Shown here piece after piece: positions 63,746 through 64,000 of a DNA stretch of 64,000 nucleotides. Position 1 is the stretch's first letter, and the number at the start of each line of letters is the position of its first letter. The DNA lies in contig QKEK01000012.1 of NCBI GenBank assembly GCA_003251775.1, forward strand, positions 4,393 through 68,392. Direction: 5' to 3'. The notes below the pieces were generated by a model that saw only the letters and a program-made list of their open reading frames with translations, had not been told where the DNA came from and did not search any database. Both the position numbers and the translations under genes were made by a program. This DNA is from Clostridia bacterium. GTDB taxonomy: Bacteria; Bacillota; Clostridia; DSM-8532; SZUA-474.

Positions 63746-64000
63746 TTGTTAAATGTAACACTTTTAAAAGATCAGGAGCTTGTGGAAAAACAAGCTCTTT
63801 TTTTAGGTTCAAATTTTATGCAAACCTTTTACTGGGCTAGCATAAAGGAGGAGTATGGTTTTAAAGCCTATTTTTTCCAGATTTCTCTTAATGGAAGAGA
63901 TGAAGGGTTAGTTGTTCTACAAAGACCTTTAAAATTTGGGTTTTCCCTAGCTTATATACCCCATGGACCATCTGTTACTCTATCTGAAACTATAGATTTT
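63746..64000 (+). CDS. FemAB/FemX-family peptidoglycan interpeptide-bridge aminoacyltransferase (N-terminal fragment; runs off the right edge)
   Basis: My own translation from TTG 63746: LLNVTLLKDQELVEKQALFLGSNFMQTFYWASIKEEYGFKAYFFQISLNGRDEGLVVLQRPLKFGFSLAYIPHGP.... The F.Q...W...K...G pattern resembles FemX-type N-termini. The frame is open to the window end. Confidence 0.5.
   Translation, partial: MLNVTLLKDQELVEKQALFLGSNFMQTFYWASIKEEYGFKAYFFQISLNGRDEGLVVLQRPLKFGFSLAYIPHGPSVTLSETIDF

Noticed and set aside
1-64000. Search for CRISPR arrays, IS elements or transposases, integrases, prophage genes, rRNA and long repeats
   Set aside because: I saw no spaced direct-repeat arrays, no transposase-, integrase- or phage-like ORFs, and no rRNA-like sequence by eye. 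The only RNA gene found is tRNA-Leu. A computational repeat scan could still reveal short dispersed repeats that I cannot detect manually.

Overview
AT-rich, densely packed chromosomal window (composition judged by eye, not computed) with about 60 CDS and one tRNA. I saw no rRNA, CRISPR array, transposase, integrase or phage genes. Gene content points to an anaerobic diderm, probably Spirochaetota; this taxonomic call is inference only. The supporting genes are Rex plus a five-gene HydABC-type [FeFe]-hydrogenase operon, FeoABC, class-3 fructose-1,6-bisphosphatase, an archaeal-type UMP kinase, HflKC, LolA-like and RodZ-like proteins, a FemAB-like gene, and many His-kinase and c-di-GMP proteins. 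Most of the window is ordinary housekeeping: ddl, murE, metG, rplM-rpsI, pcrA, rimO, hpt, sufSU and fumarate hydratase. There is one accessory sugar locus (GH29 fucosidase, ABC importer and a membrane-anchored AraC regulator). The strongest candidate for something undescribed is the tightly coupled operon at 23391-26480. It encodes a QueD/PTPS-fold protein whose catalytic residues appear to be erased, overlapping by one nucleotide an orphan D12-class N6-adenine DNA methyltransferase with a roughly 170-aa C-terminal extension, followed by RlmG. No nuclease or 7-deazapurine pathway genes are nearby. Other notable items: an HTH-less LacI-type sugar-binding domain fused to a soluble histidine kinase; a CPA2 antiporter fused to a PTS EIIA domain; a PAP2 protein lacking both catalytic histidines; two degenerate GGDEF domains that keep the RxxD I-site; a HATPase-only gene inside the hydrogenase operon; a truncated class-III-aminotransferase-like protein coupled to pcrA; recX overlapping rpsI; and eight convergent gene pairs whose 3' ends overlap. 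All homology calls rest on motif recognition and remembered reference sequences, not on searches.
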